DNA of 63,145 bases, the filler included, from Asterionella formosa (Eukaryota): NCBI GenBank assembly GCA_002256025.1. It is 8 parts of 8 records of this genome, joined end to end, with 100 filler letters (N's around TTAATTAATTAA, not from the genome) between each part and the next. Parts side by side here need not be neighbours in the genome. Positions count along the whole stretch, not along the records: positions 1 to 26,401 come from NKIB01001728.1; 7 more parts are not named here. One strand, 5' to 3'. The translations under genes were made by a program, and so were the position numbers. The notes below the pieces were generated by a model, which was given only the letters and a program-made list of their open reading frames with translations, had not been told where the DNA came from and made no database searches. Position 1 is the stretch's first letter. Each line of letters starts with the position of its first letter. Positions 1 to 11,775 of this stretch are shown one piece after another.

Positions 1-347
1 TTTGCGAAATGTGTCACCAATAAACCAGGTATGACGAAGAGCAAGATCGACCCTATGTTATTTATGCACCGGAACAAGGATGGACAAATTGATGGTCTAC
101 TTGTTAATTACGTGGATGACGGTATTGTATGTGGGACTCCAAGTGCAGTGGAGTATATGAAAAATGTTATCAAGGAAGATTTCAATATTACCGAGCAGGG
201 TATTCTACAGAAACACCTAGGAGTGGAATATGCTTGGAAAGAGGACAAGTATGGTGAATACGTGAAGGAACAGATTCATACGAGATTGTCCGAACCAGTT
301 CAGAGTGGAACGATGTTACAGCCTCTTGAGCGTGGCAATGGGGAGGA
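1..347 (+). mobile_element. Ty1/Copia pol 3' fragment (RT plus probable RNase H tail), internally deleted, ending in a polypurine tract
   Basis: KSKIDPMLF, YVDD and KHLGVEY Copia RT motifs; GGGGAGGA PPT at 340-347 directly before a TGT LTR start. Confidence 0.85.
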
Positions 348-753
348 TGTCAAGAATATTAGCCCGAGTCACAAGGATTGTGGACTCGATTGTAATCGAA
401 CGAGTCGAATATTGCATTGCCATGTCAATCAGCTGTCTAACGAGATCAGAGATTGAAGATTTCTAAGGAAATGTTAAGTGGAAACTCGAAGAGAGTCTTA
501 GAATGACTTTGCAGGAAGCAAAGATGCATGGAAAGGAAACATTTAGTTTAGCTTATAATTTAATTTGAGTTTTAGATTATCAACCGAGGAAACAGTGTGT
601 TAATTGACAGCAAGGTCAATTAGTCTATCTAGCAGGAAGGCTAGAAGCAGAGACAAGAGAGAAAGTAAGTGGTACTAGGTAGTACTACGATCACGTAAGA
701 GTCTACGTGAAGAGAGACCCAGCCCGCGGGAAGGAGTACGGACCATTTCAACA
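348..753 (+). repeat. Copia 3' LTR
   Basis: Starts TGTCAAG right after the PPT and ends TTCAACA; a homologous inverted copy lies at 9448-9782. Confidence 0.8.
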
Positions 754-1223
754 AATTTGATGCCTGTATTCCGAATTAAGAGACTCAACCTGGTACCAGG
801 TACTGGCATATTGTATTCGCTCATACATCATTCACATGAAAGAAAAATTCATTCATGCATGGATGGCTCCTATATTCGCTCATACATAGCCATAAATATA
901 CCGGTATTTACAAACAACAAATGAAGACATTATTTTACCGCCTTTTCATGAGATCTAAAAAAATGAAAACATACCGCAACAGTATAGTGTGGAGTATTTT
1001 CATTGTGAATGGTGTGAAAACAGTGTATGTTACAATAAAACGATTGTTATTGTGAATGTGAATGTCTGTGAATGTGAATGTGAAACGATGAAATGCAACA
1101 TTGGTACGAATCTAGAGGAGATGTACTACTTACTATTCTATTCTGGCGGGTATAGTGGTGCCTCAAACGAGTCTATGTCCAAGTGTGCACAAAATAGTGA
1201 AATTGATTCTGATTTTAGTGGCG

Positions 1224-2300
1224 ATGGAAATACCTGCAAGACGCCTGCTTTTTGCACTGCTAATGAACTTTCTCATATCCAGTCTATTGCTAACAAAGCA
1301 CTATGTAGTTGCGGAGACTGCACGTATTCGAATTGTTGGAGGAAAAAATGATCGACCGAATGGATATGCCTACTTTACACGATTGGACTCCGTTGCGTTG
1401 AACAATGATACGCAGCAAGGATATTTTGGGTTTGAATGCGGTGGGACTCTGATTTACCCAGACTTTGTTCTTACAGCTGCGCATTGTATTAAAGAAATGA
1501 ATGGCACAGATTCTAGTTTCACACTGCTAGCATATGTGAATGCTAGTGGCGACCCAACATATCCAGATCATGGCATCGGGGCGATTTCTGTGCGAGTCGT
1601 TGAACATTTTGCTCATCCAGACTTTCGCACATACACAACATCAAGTGACTCTGCCTATGAAGGGATCGAGAATGATATTGCTCTCTTGCGGTTGGAGCGC
1701 CCTATCTTTGACATCAATCCAGTTTCTCTTAATACAGACGCCAATATCCCAGAAGGAACCGAAAGTCTAAGAACTATAGGTCTTGGATGCACGAATGAAA
1801 ATTGTACACAGCTACCTGCGGGTTTGCGGCAAGTGGATATCCTCAAGACTCTGTTCCTAGAGTGCGCGGCATCCTTTAAAGAACTGAATTACACAATTAT
1901 TGATGCGACAATGATTTGTGCCAATTTTTCTGGAAAAGATTCTTGTTTTGGCGATTCTGGCGGTCCGTTACTGGTTATCGGTGGAACAGAAGATGTACAA
2001 GTCGGCGTTGTCTCAACGGGCCTTGGATGCGCAAGGATTGGCTTCCCCGGTGTGTATACTAGAGTCAGTCCATTTCTTGGCTGGATAGATCAAATCGTTT
2101 GTGCCCACACAGAATTTCCTTGCACGAAGGCAGGTGTGAATGTAGCACCATCTGTGGTTCCTTTGACCACGATGACACCGTCTATGGCAACTTCAACGAT
2201 CGGTAGCGACAAACCAAATGCATATACAAGTGCCTCGTTGGCATTGGCCATCATACAAGTATTCATTGCTGCTTTTTCCGTTTGTCAAGTTTTCTCGTAG
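1224..2300 (+). CDS. Secreted or membrane-anchored trypsin-like serine protease (S1A)
   Basis: Hydrophobic leader, R-IVGG activation site, LTAAHC, DIALL, GKDSCFGDSGGP, PGVYTRV; S/T-rich stalk and hydrophobic C-terminus; ATG at 1224 (1263 also possible). Confidence 0.93.
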   Translation: MEIPARRLLFALLMNFLISSLLLTKHYVVAETARIRIVGGKNDRPNGYAYFTRLDSVALNNDTQQGYFGFECGGTLIYPDFVLTAAHCIKEMNGTDSSFTLLAYVNASGDPTYPDHGIGAISVRVVEHFAHPDFRTYTTSSDSAYEGIENDIALLRLERPIFDINPVSLNTDANIPEGTESLRTIGLGCTNENCTQLPAGLRQVDILKTLFLECAASFKELNYTIIDATMICANFSGKDSCFGDSGGPLLVIGGTEDVQVGVVSTGLGCARIGFPGVYTRVSPFLGWIDQIVCAHTEFPCTKAGVNVAPSVVPLTTMTPSMATSTIGSDKPNAYTSASLALAIIQVFIAAFSVCQVFS

Positions 2301-2745
2301 GTAATATGATAATGTGGTTCGGATATCACTCAAACCCTGAAAAAAATTATGAGAATTAGATTTTGGCAGAATAACCTGATACACTAATTACGTATTACAA
2401 ATGCATCGCAAGGGAAACTGTAAGGTAAAATGAGACCAAGCCTTCAGACCTGCAACAGCGCGAGAGTCACGACTAATAAGTATCGTCGTCAGGCTTACTA
2501 TCAGTGACTCTTCTTCGCATTTTTGAAAGAAGAGAAAAGCGTAAATTTCATGCAATTCTAAATTTAAAATGAAATGGGAAATAGACTCGGCGTTGTGGGA
2601 CTCCGAGTATCTAGAGAAGTCCTTCGAAGCTAATAGTTGGTTTTCCAATTCCAGAAATCTGAAAACCACGAGATGGAAGTATTTGGATGACCGCATACAA
2701 TTAAGAATTTCATGAAGTGTTATTCCTTCAACTGCATCTTCGTCA

Positions 2746-3159
2746 TCAATCACAGCAACGCAACTTGACACCAGCTCCCGTTGGGCAACACAAACCCACT
2801 AATCCTAGATCAGCGCAATTTGCGTTATCGTCGCAACTTGCCAATGGAAAATGTGACGATGATGAAGATGGCCCAATAGGGCTCTGTCGTACAGCTGGTA
2901 CTTTAGGAGCTGGCGACACTACTGGATTATAATCTCCGTGCTGGGGCTTGATTCCGTTGCCAGTTGGATATAGGTGCGAGAAATCTCGGAGTAAATAAGC
3001 GGCAGCGCCACCCACAATCAGAAATGCAGCAACAAGTGGGACCAAACAATTAAGCAGTTTTTTTCGGCGTTGTTGAGGCGTCATTGTCGTCTCGCCGAGG
3101 TAGTATGTGTTGTCTATGTTGAAAGGAATGGTGCCGTAGGATTCGTTTTGTGTCGCCAT
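2746..3159 (-). CDS. Small single-pass membrane protein with a C-terminal diatom-type Cys-rich module
   Basis: RRKK followed by a TM helix; ends SCDDNANCADLGLVGLCCPTGAGVKLRCCD; ATG at 3159. Confidence 0.75.
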   Translation of the reverse strand: MATQNESYGTIPFNIDNTYYLGETTMTPQQRRKKLLNCLVPLVAAFLIVGGAAAYLLRDFSHLYPTGNGIKPQHGDYNPVVSPAPKVPAVRQSPIGPSSSSSHFPLASCDDNANCADLGLVGLCCPTGAGVKLRCCD

Positions 3160-4166
3160 GATGATGCGATGTTTTGTAGTATCCTGAGTACGCTCACTTC
3201 GATCAGCACAGAAGCTCGAATGAACGATATAAAATACGGCTGAAGACTTCAATTAGAAAGTGATTGGTTGCGTAAGCAAAACTAGAACAAGGTTCTTCAC
3301 TGGGAGTGTAGCCGTCAATCGCCATTAGCCTTGTGTTTTATACATCACCACCCTTCGAAGGGTGCCGCTCGCACGGTCAACCTGCGTGGTACCAGGGTAC
3401 TGCCTCGCGTCTCCCCAGCCTAGAACACAAGAAAGCTCACGACAGGGACAAGTCACCTATTGTCGTGTCTTACCTTTCAGTACGCTTGACTTGGCTGGGT
3501 GTCAAATAGCTATAAGTAAGTTCGCCTTATATGTATGTAGGGCTATCGCTTTATTTTAACTTTGACGTCGTTCACGTGTGATTGATACCCACCATATTGC
3601 AGTAAAATACGGAAAGACTACCGATATGTACTACCAGCTACCGGGCACCAATGTACCAAGTACCTGGTACCAGGTACCGGTAGCTGTGTCATACCGGTAC
3701 CTGATGCCTGATGGTATTTTACCCCTGATTACCAGTCTACCTGTTACCTGCAAGTTGCGGTGAACGAACAATTTAATATTTGATAAAGACAGCTAAACTT
3801 TTTGTTTCAGCATACCGGTAATTATAATTCCGGTACAGATATGGACTATGTACTACACTGCAAATTGACCTTTCTGATGCTTTACAGTTCGCAACAGACA
3901 CGGCATCCAACTGGCTGCAGTCAGACGACAAAGCACGGAGGAATAGAAAAGATCATCTGATTTGAGAAGAATTATCTCGATCGATGGATGCGCTGTCGAT
4001 TTCCTTCTCATTTTAATTTTTTCTGAACATCTCTGTTCACCTTAAACTCTCGTTGAATCAAAGCGTCGGAGCCATTTCCTCTGCCGTCGCAAGGTCAAAT
4101 CATAGCTCAATCCACGAAACAGTCGGAAAATAAACAGCACCCACCAAGCAGCCAGTGGAAGCTACA

Positions 4167-5513
4167 ATGAACAACGCTCGCAAATTAATCAAGACAGACG
4201 ACGAATTTGATTTTCTGCGAAACCACATTCTCAATTGTCCCTACGTTTCCAAGGATGGCAAAGCCATGCAAGCGGCTCTGAATGGTTTAGATCAAGAACG
4301 CAAGAGGCAGGAGCGTGATGCCAAGCTTTTAGCCAAGTTCACTCAGAAGAACGCTGGCCCGACTGGGACGGTATCGGTTTTCGATGAAGAGAATGCGAAT
4401 TTGCCTGACGATGTTGTGCAAGTGACTCGACCTAGAATGACGCAACAGGCAGAAATAAACGATAAAGATGAGGAACTTATGGAGTGGCATGACATTCCCA
4501 AGCAGGAACTAGATCTCCGTGCCGACGAGGGATCCTTGCTGGGTCAGCAACTGGCAGCTGTTGCCATTTCCAACCTTGCGACCGCCCAAACCACCATTGG
4601 GACCCCCCTCGCAGCCATTGCTCTTGCACTGCATGCTGCGCTTCGATCATCCATTCTGAATTTCACATGTACGGGAATTCCAGAAAAGGGACCCGTTGTT
4701 GGTTTCGCTCCACCAGTTCGAGAATTGCCAAAGGCCATGTTTGTTCCCAATGACTGGGATGAATGCTCGACTGAAATTTTTATCCGTTACCGCAAAAATG
4801 GGATCGGTTCGGTAATTCTCGGTGTGACTGAAGAAGAATCAGTGCAAGTGAAACTGGTGCCGACCAATTGCAAAGAACCTCCTGCTACAAAATTGGAATT
4901 TCCGCTTTCAGACTATGTCAATATGGATTCCCTCCCGGCGGCACTTCGAAAGGACAGGCGTGTCTTTCCTGCACTCCACTACAAGAACCTCGAAATGCTA
5001 ATGACCAGCGTTTGCAACGCATTTGATTTGGGGACAGTGCACAACATGGAAAGTGCCAGCGAAACGCCACTTTGGGACTATCACATACCCTATGTGGACA
5101 CAACCATTCGCCCACTCCCAGATGATAGATTTTGTATGCCAGAATCGCACCCCACTGTTCCTTTGAAGCATCAGTACAGCGATCACGAATCTCCAACCAT
5201 TCAAGTGTTTGAAATTTTCCCAAGGCATGGCGACTTTGCTGGAGATTTAAATCCTACTGGGATCAACCCACTCGGGCCTAGTGGTGGCAACTTGATGGGC
5301 CCTGATCATCCCATGTTTGGCGGTTCTAATCATCCATCAGGCTTTGGTATGAAGCCTCGATATGATCCGTTTGGGCCACCAGGTGGACCTCAGGATCCCA
5401 ATAATCTGATGGATGACAAGAAATTTCCCAGGCTACCTCCTGGAGGACTTGGAATCCCTAATAACGATATTGCCCGACCACCCAATGATCTCTCCAACAA
5501 TATGTTTATGTAA
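4167..5513 (+). CDS. PSMF1: Proteasome inhibitor PI31-like protein
   Basis: FP-domain-like AIALALHAAL...FVPNDW; Pro-rich tail with GNLMGPDHPMF and PRYDPFGP; C-terminal NMFM (HbYX-like). Confidence 0.8.
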   Translation: MNNARKLIKTDDEFDFLRNHILNCPYVSKDGKAMQAALNGLDQERKRQERDAKLLAKFTQKNAGPTGTVSVFDEENANLPDDVVQVTRPRMTQQAEINDKDEELMEWHDIPKQELDLRADEGSLLGQQLAAVAISNLATAQTTIGTPLAAIALALHAALRSSILNFTCTGIPEKGPVVGFAPPVRELPKAMFVPNDWDECSTEIFIRYRKNGIGSVILGVTEEESVQVKLVPTNCKEPPATKLEFPLSDYVNMDSLPAALRKDRRVFPALHYKNLEMLMTSVCNAFDLGTVHNMESASETPLWDYHIPYVDTTIRPLPDDRFCMPESHPTVPLKHQYSDHESPTIQVFEIFPRHGDFAGDLNPTGINPLGPSGGNLMGPDHPMFGGSNHPSGFGMKPRYDPFGPPGGPQDPNNLMDDKKFPRLPPGGLGIPNNDIARPPNDLSNNMFM

Positions 5514-8020
5514 TAGACTACCGGAAATTATATTTCTTTGCAACGTGCACAATCCAACAGCATTATATCTATTTCTTTTATGAATACATATTGGTTACAC
5601 TGTAACAAATTCAGATATGGAGCTTAGCATTTATTTCGTGTATTACCTGTTACCTGTACTTGGTAGTCTAGTACTTTTACATTGAATCATCGTTTGTCGC
5701 TTCTTGATAGTAGGTCAGGAAGTAAGCAACAGCACTTGCTACAACTAGCTTACGTTTTGCAGAACTGTCAGTACATACATGGATGCTCTTTTTCTTATAG
5801 TACATGCAGTGCAATTTAGCTAGGTATTAGCTTGTCTTTTCTCCCTACCCTACCTTTGCTGATGGACAGCAAAACCAATATCTAAGCCACAGTCTCATCA
5901 CAGCATCATCAGTCAGCAGTGGCGGATTGTTCCACAAAATACTAGTCTTGCTGTGCAACGTTGTGCATACCTCGGCAGTGACCCACTTTGATGTGGATTT
6001 ATAGGCCTAAATTAGAGTTAGTCGTGACTGATATTACTTTGTATTGTGTTATGTGAAAGTATCCAATTCCCCTGTAGCACTAGGATAGTAATGCTATACA
6101 ATATGGCCATCACTTCACTAAGAATAGCTACTCCATCCCTGGTAGTCTACTTGTCAGCATCATAGCTAGTATACGAGTGAGACGACTCCTATGAGCTGAT
6201 TCAATGATTGGTGCAGGAGTAGCTAATATACCATTATAGTCAATATATCACTTGATAGTGTAGTGATATATAAGAAAGATTAAGTCTTAAAATGGGAGGT
6301 AGTAGTAGACTCAGGTAGGAAAGAGGTAGATGAATAGAGAAGACCAGAAGGTGAAAGATTGTAGAGGGATCCAAGGTTGGCTGTGTAGAACTTCAGCAAC
6401 AAACTGTGTGTGAAGGTCAAGAAAGATGGTGGATCTTGCAGGGATCCAATGTGGTAGAGTAGCAAGCTAGTAGATTGTGAAGGAATCAAGTGGCAAGCAG
6501 TATTGAATGTAGAGGAGTGAAGGTTGAAAGAAATGAATGAATGTAAATTTGGCTGACAAGACTGTTTTTTCAATTATATGAGCTTAATTCTAGTTGGCAA
6601 AATGAGTAAGATGAGGAAATGCCAGAAGCAACTAATGAAGTGCTGGCACCATTGACTGAGTAGTGAATCTACAGACTCCTAAGGGAAAGGTAGAGAAATG
6701 CCAGAAGCACCAAGACCAGAGGTGCTGGCAGTAGGCTGTGTATGAATGTACAGCCTGGTACCATTGACCTGATTACCGCAATTTGCAGGTACACAGCCTG
6801 GTACTGCCAAGCATCACTAAATTCCTGCTGGCAGCCAGCACGCAAACCAGTAATTCCTGGTACCGGAGGGAACGTAGTATGTACCTGGTAATAAAGTGCT
6901 GCTCTGATGTGTACACTTTTGTCATATATCTATCGTAGCATGATCATAATTCTCATTGATATCACTGTCTAAAATAGGATGAAATTGATCGAAATTTAGA
7001 ACTATATTTAAGAATGGTTCTATGTTTCTATATCTTGAGTGGCTACAGAATTTTCTACAATGCTCTCATCGCAATGATTGGTGCTTCAGCTTTCACTTCC
7101 ACCTTCCCCCTAATCCAATTCTGAAGGTTGTTGTACTGGTGCTTTGTTTCATTTACTCCTGACGGATCTGAGTTTGCATTCACACATTTTCCTATCCCGG
7201 CAGTATGGTGCTGCCGTCGACAGGGCAGAAGTGATATACTGCTACTGTTGGTAATATACCAGCATTGCTTCTAGTAGCTGCTAGTACACAAATGACCAGT
7301 ATACTGATTTGTATGACAACTTTTGTTCTTGCATTTAATTTATACAGTCATGTCTATGTTAAAAGGTCCGTCCTTGTTCCCACCGACTGGGTTTCTTTAT
7401 GTAAACTCTTATTTGCTACTACCTAGTACCAGTAAAAAAATGCATTGTCCCACTCCTGTTTTACCGGTATCCTATTCGTTTGATTAATTCGAATAACACT
7501 TAGCTCGCATTTCTCTGAAAAATGTTCGGAAGCATTGATGTCAAAAGGCGTCAGTACATTAGCATCCTGTTCCTAGTTAAATTGAACATCTGGTTCAGAA
7601 GATATTTTATGTTCATCTAGACATAAAATTCAGTCTCATTGGTTCAATGCAGTATATGAAATTTTACCATACCTGGAAGTAATTTAATATTCGTTGGTGA
7701 ACACAGATTATCCTGTTTGGTTCAAAGCGAAAAGACATAAAATGCATGATACTCCATACACCATACACTAAACCGGTACCAGTATCAGTACCAATCCTGG
7801 TACCTGCAAGTTGCAGTAATTTTGATACTTCTATTTCCACATCCGACTTAGTACCGGCAATACTGATTCCAATTCCAAATTAATAGGCGTTTCTCTTCTT
7901 GATATCCGTTTAATAAACCAACCCGACCGACTTGTTGTTCCTAAGTGTATTTAGCTTTAATCTGATTTAGCCAAAATATTGAGACCAATCTATTTTGCTC
8001 ATTCTGAAATTTGCTTCTTG

Positions 8021-8135
8021 TTCGTTTTGCTTAATGTTGGACCGTTTTGCTTAAAACATATTTGCTTAAAGTAGATTTGCTTGAAATAGTTTTGCTTAAA
8101 GTAGGTTTGCTTTTTGAAGTACGTTTGCTTAGATT
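8021..8135. repeat. Degenerate tandem repeat of about 15-20 bp units with core TTTGCTTAA
   Basis: About six copies of TTTGCTT(A/G)A visible; one inverted copy near 8815. Confidence 0.6.
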
Positions 8136-9447
8136 AACAATTTTGTTTATTGTGACGTCATCATTTCAACGCTGCTGCCATCAGAGCGGCCGGAGAATCC
8201 TTCATCATCATGTTGTCGCAGCGTTGACCATGATGAAAAAATAGTGAATATCTCGATGTAAAAGAGTTATCCTAAAAGCACTCATCTTGACAATGAAAAT
8301 TGAAGTCTCCGACAGCACTTTTTTCATCTTATTTAGAGATGCGCAATCTTTAAACGACGCTGCTACGAGCAGATACGACACTTTTACAATAGCTACGCAA
8401 CAAATGATGAGACAAGTACGACTACAGGATTAACATGAATAATCGAAGCAAAAGATGTGAAATAAGGCTATTATCTCCTGAGAATTGATTGATTTTGAAT
8501 GGAAAATATTTATATAGTCTTTGCTTGTAGAAGCCGGCAAATGTGAAGCATTCGTTCTGGTGTATGATGTCATCAAAACTGCCGGTAATGCCATGTCGTC
8601 GTAGTAATACTATCATGCAGCAGCCCACTCCTATGTACCGCTACATACTGTAAAACTGGGTTGATACTACTTCTTGGCAAGCTACTATGCATGTGCCGAC
8701 AGGAGTGTCCCGGTACTAGGGGTACCGGTGGCATCTTAATTTCCTTCCGTAATGACGTAGGCGGCAGCATGGTGTGCAAATGAATTAAGGACTATCGGGT
8801 ATGTTTGTTTAGCTTAAGCAAATTTTTGCATAGTCCCTGTAATACTTTAACCCAAAATTACAGTCTTCAGAACCTGTTTTGTCCCTAATTATCTGGATTT
8901 ATGGAATTTTGTCCAGTCGTCTTTATACGGCCTGCAGGCGCAAGCCATTAGAAGTTTCATACTTTGATTTCTTAATGGCTGCTGAGTCGGGGAATATTTG
9001 TCAGTTTTGGGAATGAGTACAAAAATAAGCAATATTACCGCAACTTGCTGGTACTATAGATGTAACATTTTTGTGCTCATGGGTAGGTACCAGGTACTTA
9101 TAATGATCTGTCTACATAGATACTGGTATTACACATCTGCCGTGCTGGGTTTCATCAATTTTTATTTACAGAATTTTTATTGACAAGGTCATGGATAAGA
9201 GATCAAATGCAAGACATTTATATCCATCGTTGTACACAATATTAGTTGAGAACTCCAAACTTGGGATAATCCGTGCTTTTCACTTTTTCGGCATCCAATC
9301 AGCAGAGAACTAACAGTATACACTAACTCGTCCATCCAGTATATGATGCTCTCAAGATAAATTCTGGAGCTTAAGAAATAGAAACTGAATGATTTTTGAT
9401 AACAAAACATTTTTTTGATACCATCAGTGGGTCAATGCAGTTTTCTA

Positions 9448-9782
9448 CTGGTACCGCTTACTTTTCTCTCTGCTCTGCTCTGCTTCTAGCCTTCCTGCTA
9501 GATTAACCATCATTTGACCTTCCTGTCAATTAGCTAGCTAACACATTGTTTCTTCAATTGATAATCTAAAATTATAAGCTAAACTTAATGTTTCCTTTCC
9601 ATGAATCTTTGCTTCCCACAAAGTCGTTCTAGGAATCTCTTCGAATTTCCACTTAACATTTCCATAGAAATCTTCAATCTTTGATCTCATTAAATTGCTG
9701 ATTGACCTGGCAATGCAAGATTCGACTCGCTGGATTACAGTCGAGTCCACAATCCTCGTGACTCGAGCTAATATTCTTGACG
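9448..9782 (-). repeat. Solo or truncated Copia LTR, same family as 348-753
   Basis: Reverse complement aligns with 348-~680 (GTCAAGAATATTAGC...CTAGCAGGAAGGCTAGAAGCAGAG). Confidence 0.88.
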
Positions 9783-9992
9783 TGTCTACCTATACCGATA
9801 GAGATGAACTTAGCAGCATTACGCATAAAAGCAGTATCGTGTTGTGCATCATGACGGCACGTTGATGAAATACTGACTCGATGACCTGCGATCGCTCAGC
9901 GTGCTCACTACAAGAACATGAAAAGCCAGCAAGATTTATGAGGGCCTTTCAATTTACAAGGCAGCGACATACTCGGAGTAGCAGACAATCAA

Positions 9993-10877
9993 ATGACGAT
10001 CGGAACTTCATCAGGGTTGCTCTCTATACTCTTGGTATGTGAGACGAGTGCGTTCATTACCACATCAACTTCGTCTTGTAGAACGCTTCCCTTTCATGGG
10101 GCACTTCCATATTATGCGTCGCCAGTCGAGGGAAATTTCAAAACTACACGGCTCGGGGCTGAAAAGAACACCAAGGGAGTCTATGCAAGGCCTTCAGCCG
10201 CCATAGAACGCGGTTCCGGTTTCTTCATTCCTGGTTTGGAAGGTCCAAGGGTTAGACTGCTTTTTGGCGTCGTCCTGTTGGTACTGACGGCTGTCAATCG
10301 CCTTGTGTATCCTATAGCAACTGCATTTCTGACTGAATATCTCGCCATTGGTTATGCATTTCTACTACTGTTGCAAGGGGCCATTGAGTTCGGTAAGGAT
10401 GAAAGAGGTTTTGTAGTGTCACTAGAGCAACCTGGTGGCGATGCCGGTCGTGAGTCCTTGATACAGCGATGGCAAATAGTTAATGAATTTTCTGACGATA
10501 GAAAAGAAAAAGTGCAGTGGTCAGCTGCGACGTTTGTCGCTTTGACGCCCGCTACTCAAATGATTTTAATTCAAGATGACAAAGTCGTCTATCGATTGGG
10601 AACGTCTTCCGTGAACTACAGTGAGGAAGCCAAGGGGTGTCTTGCAGCCTTGGCAACACTTGCAAAGGCCAAAAGTGGGAGAGTAGCCATTCCGTCAGTA
10701 CATCAGGCAGCCATTACCCTTGCAGACGAAGTAGATGGAAGATGTGTTGTTCTACAAACCATTAGCGAAAATGAGTGCTGGATGATGACCTCAAATCAAC
10801 TTTTGGCTGCCTTTACCAATGAAGATCTACGGTGGCTGGGCCAGCTTGCCAAGTATGTCGGTCCACAATTGAGGTAA
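9993..10877 (+). CDS. Plastid-targeted CCB2/CCB4-family cytochrome b6 heme-ci assembly factor
   Basis: Signal peptide plus TSA-F cleavage motif and S/T-rich transit peptide; two TM helices (VLTAVNRL); VQWSAATFVALT and FTNEDLRWL resemble the CCB2/4 family. Confidence 0.7.
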   Translation: MTIGTSSGLLSILLVCETSAFITTSTSSCRTLPFHGALPYYASPVEGNFKTTRLGAEKNTKGVYARPSAAIERGSGFFIPGLEGPRVRLLFGVVLLVLTAVNRLVYPIATAFLTEYLAIGYAFLLLLQGAIEFGKDERGFVVSLEQPGGDAGRESLIQRWQIVNEFSDDRKEKVQWSAATFVALTPATQMILIQDDKVVYRLGTSSVNYSEEAKGCLAALATLAKAKSGRVAIPSVHQAAITLADEVDGRCVVLQTISENECWMMTSNQLLAAFTNEDLRWLGQLAKYVGPQLR

Positions 10878-10921
10878 CCATTCAATTCACACGAAATAAA
10901 TAAACAAGTAGAAATGTAACA

Positions 10922-11175
10922 TTATTTTATTTTACGCGACTGACTCCAGCGCGTGGAATCGATCACCCGAGAGATACCAGCTAGGACAAGGTAGGTTGCG
11001 ACGCCATAGCCAATGGCTTGAAATGTATTCACGACACTCTTGCCAGATTCTCCCCATGCCTTCAAGAATCTGCGCACGGGCTCTTCCCAAGAAGAAGAGA
11101 GAGAGAGCACCAAGATATGCTCCACTTGGATCTTTTCGCCAGTGGAGGAAAGGCCATAATCACGAAGACTCATCA
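10922..11175 (-). CDS. Last exon of a small hypothetical membrane protein; 5' exons unresolved
   Basis: CTAAC branch site and AAAG acceptor upstream; C-terminal hydrophobic helix; converges on the CCB gene. Confidence 0.4.
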
Positions 11176-11775
11176 CTTTTGCGTAGTACCAGTTAGTGCA
11201 CACACACCGTTACTACTGTTCAGCGCCTTTTGCCTTGCTAGCACAAATAAAGAATCTTCGGTTTCTTGTGGTCGCGTTCTTAGCAAATGTCAAGCCATGA
11301 ATGAAAGCTAATGCCCTGCTTGTTTGCTTTGCTAGGAAAACAACTCTTTGTGAGAATACGGTTTTCTTTTGTGCACATGCACTGCTCTTATGGTATGGTC
11401 GGCAGTATTCTCCGGGTTCTGATCGATCTGTGTTTTGACAGTCATCGGTTCATTATTTGATTCGAATTCATTTCTTTCAACTGGGTGCGTTTTTATCTAG
11501 GTTGGATCAGTTACTGTCTGATCCGTTGCAATGCCAACCATCTTATTTCAAAGTATATGATGTATCTTCATGCTGCGGACCTGGGCAATGTTCATCCTTG
11601 CATTCAAGATTGAGATTTGCAGTTGGATGGATTTTTCGACTCAATTCTCGCCTTCATTGCGGTTATTTGCATGTTCTGTTTTTGTGTTGGATGGTATTGG
11701 CGATGACCATTTTTGCTTTGTGGAGTCGTTGAACGATGGCTACCTGTTCAGCAGCAATAGTTTATAGATCTCACA

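Noticed and set aside
8021..8135. Repeat array as a possible CRISPR
   Set aside because: Units are short and degenerate, with no unique spacers and no cas genes; eukaryotic context
8230..8780. Short minus-strand ORFs
   Set aside because: No recognisable motif; probably decayed TE sequence
9538..9750. 70 aa ORF
   Set aside because: Lies entirely within the solo LTR
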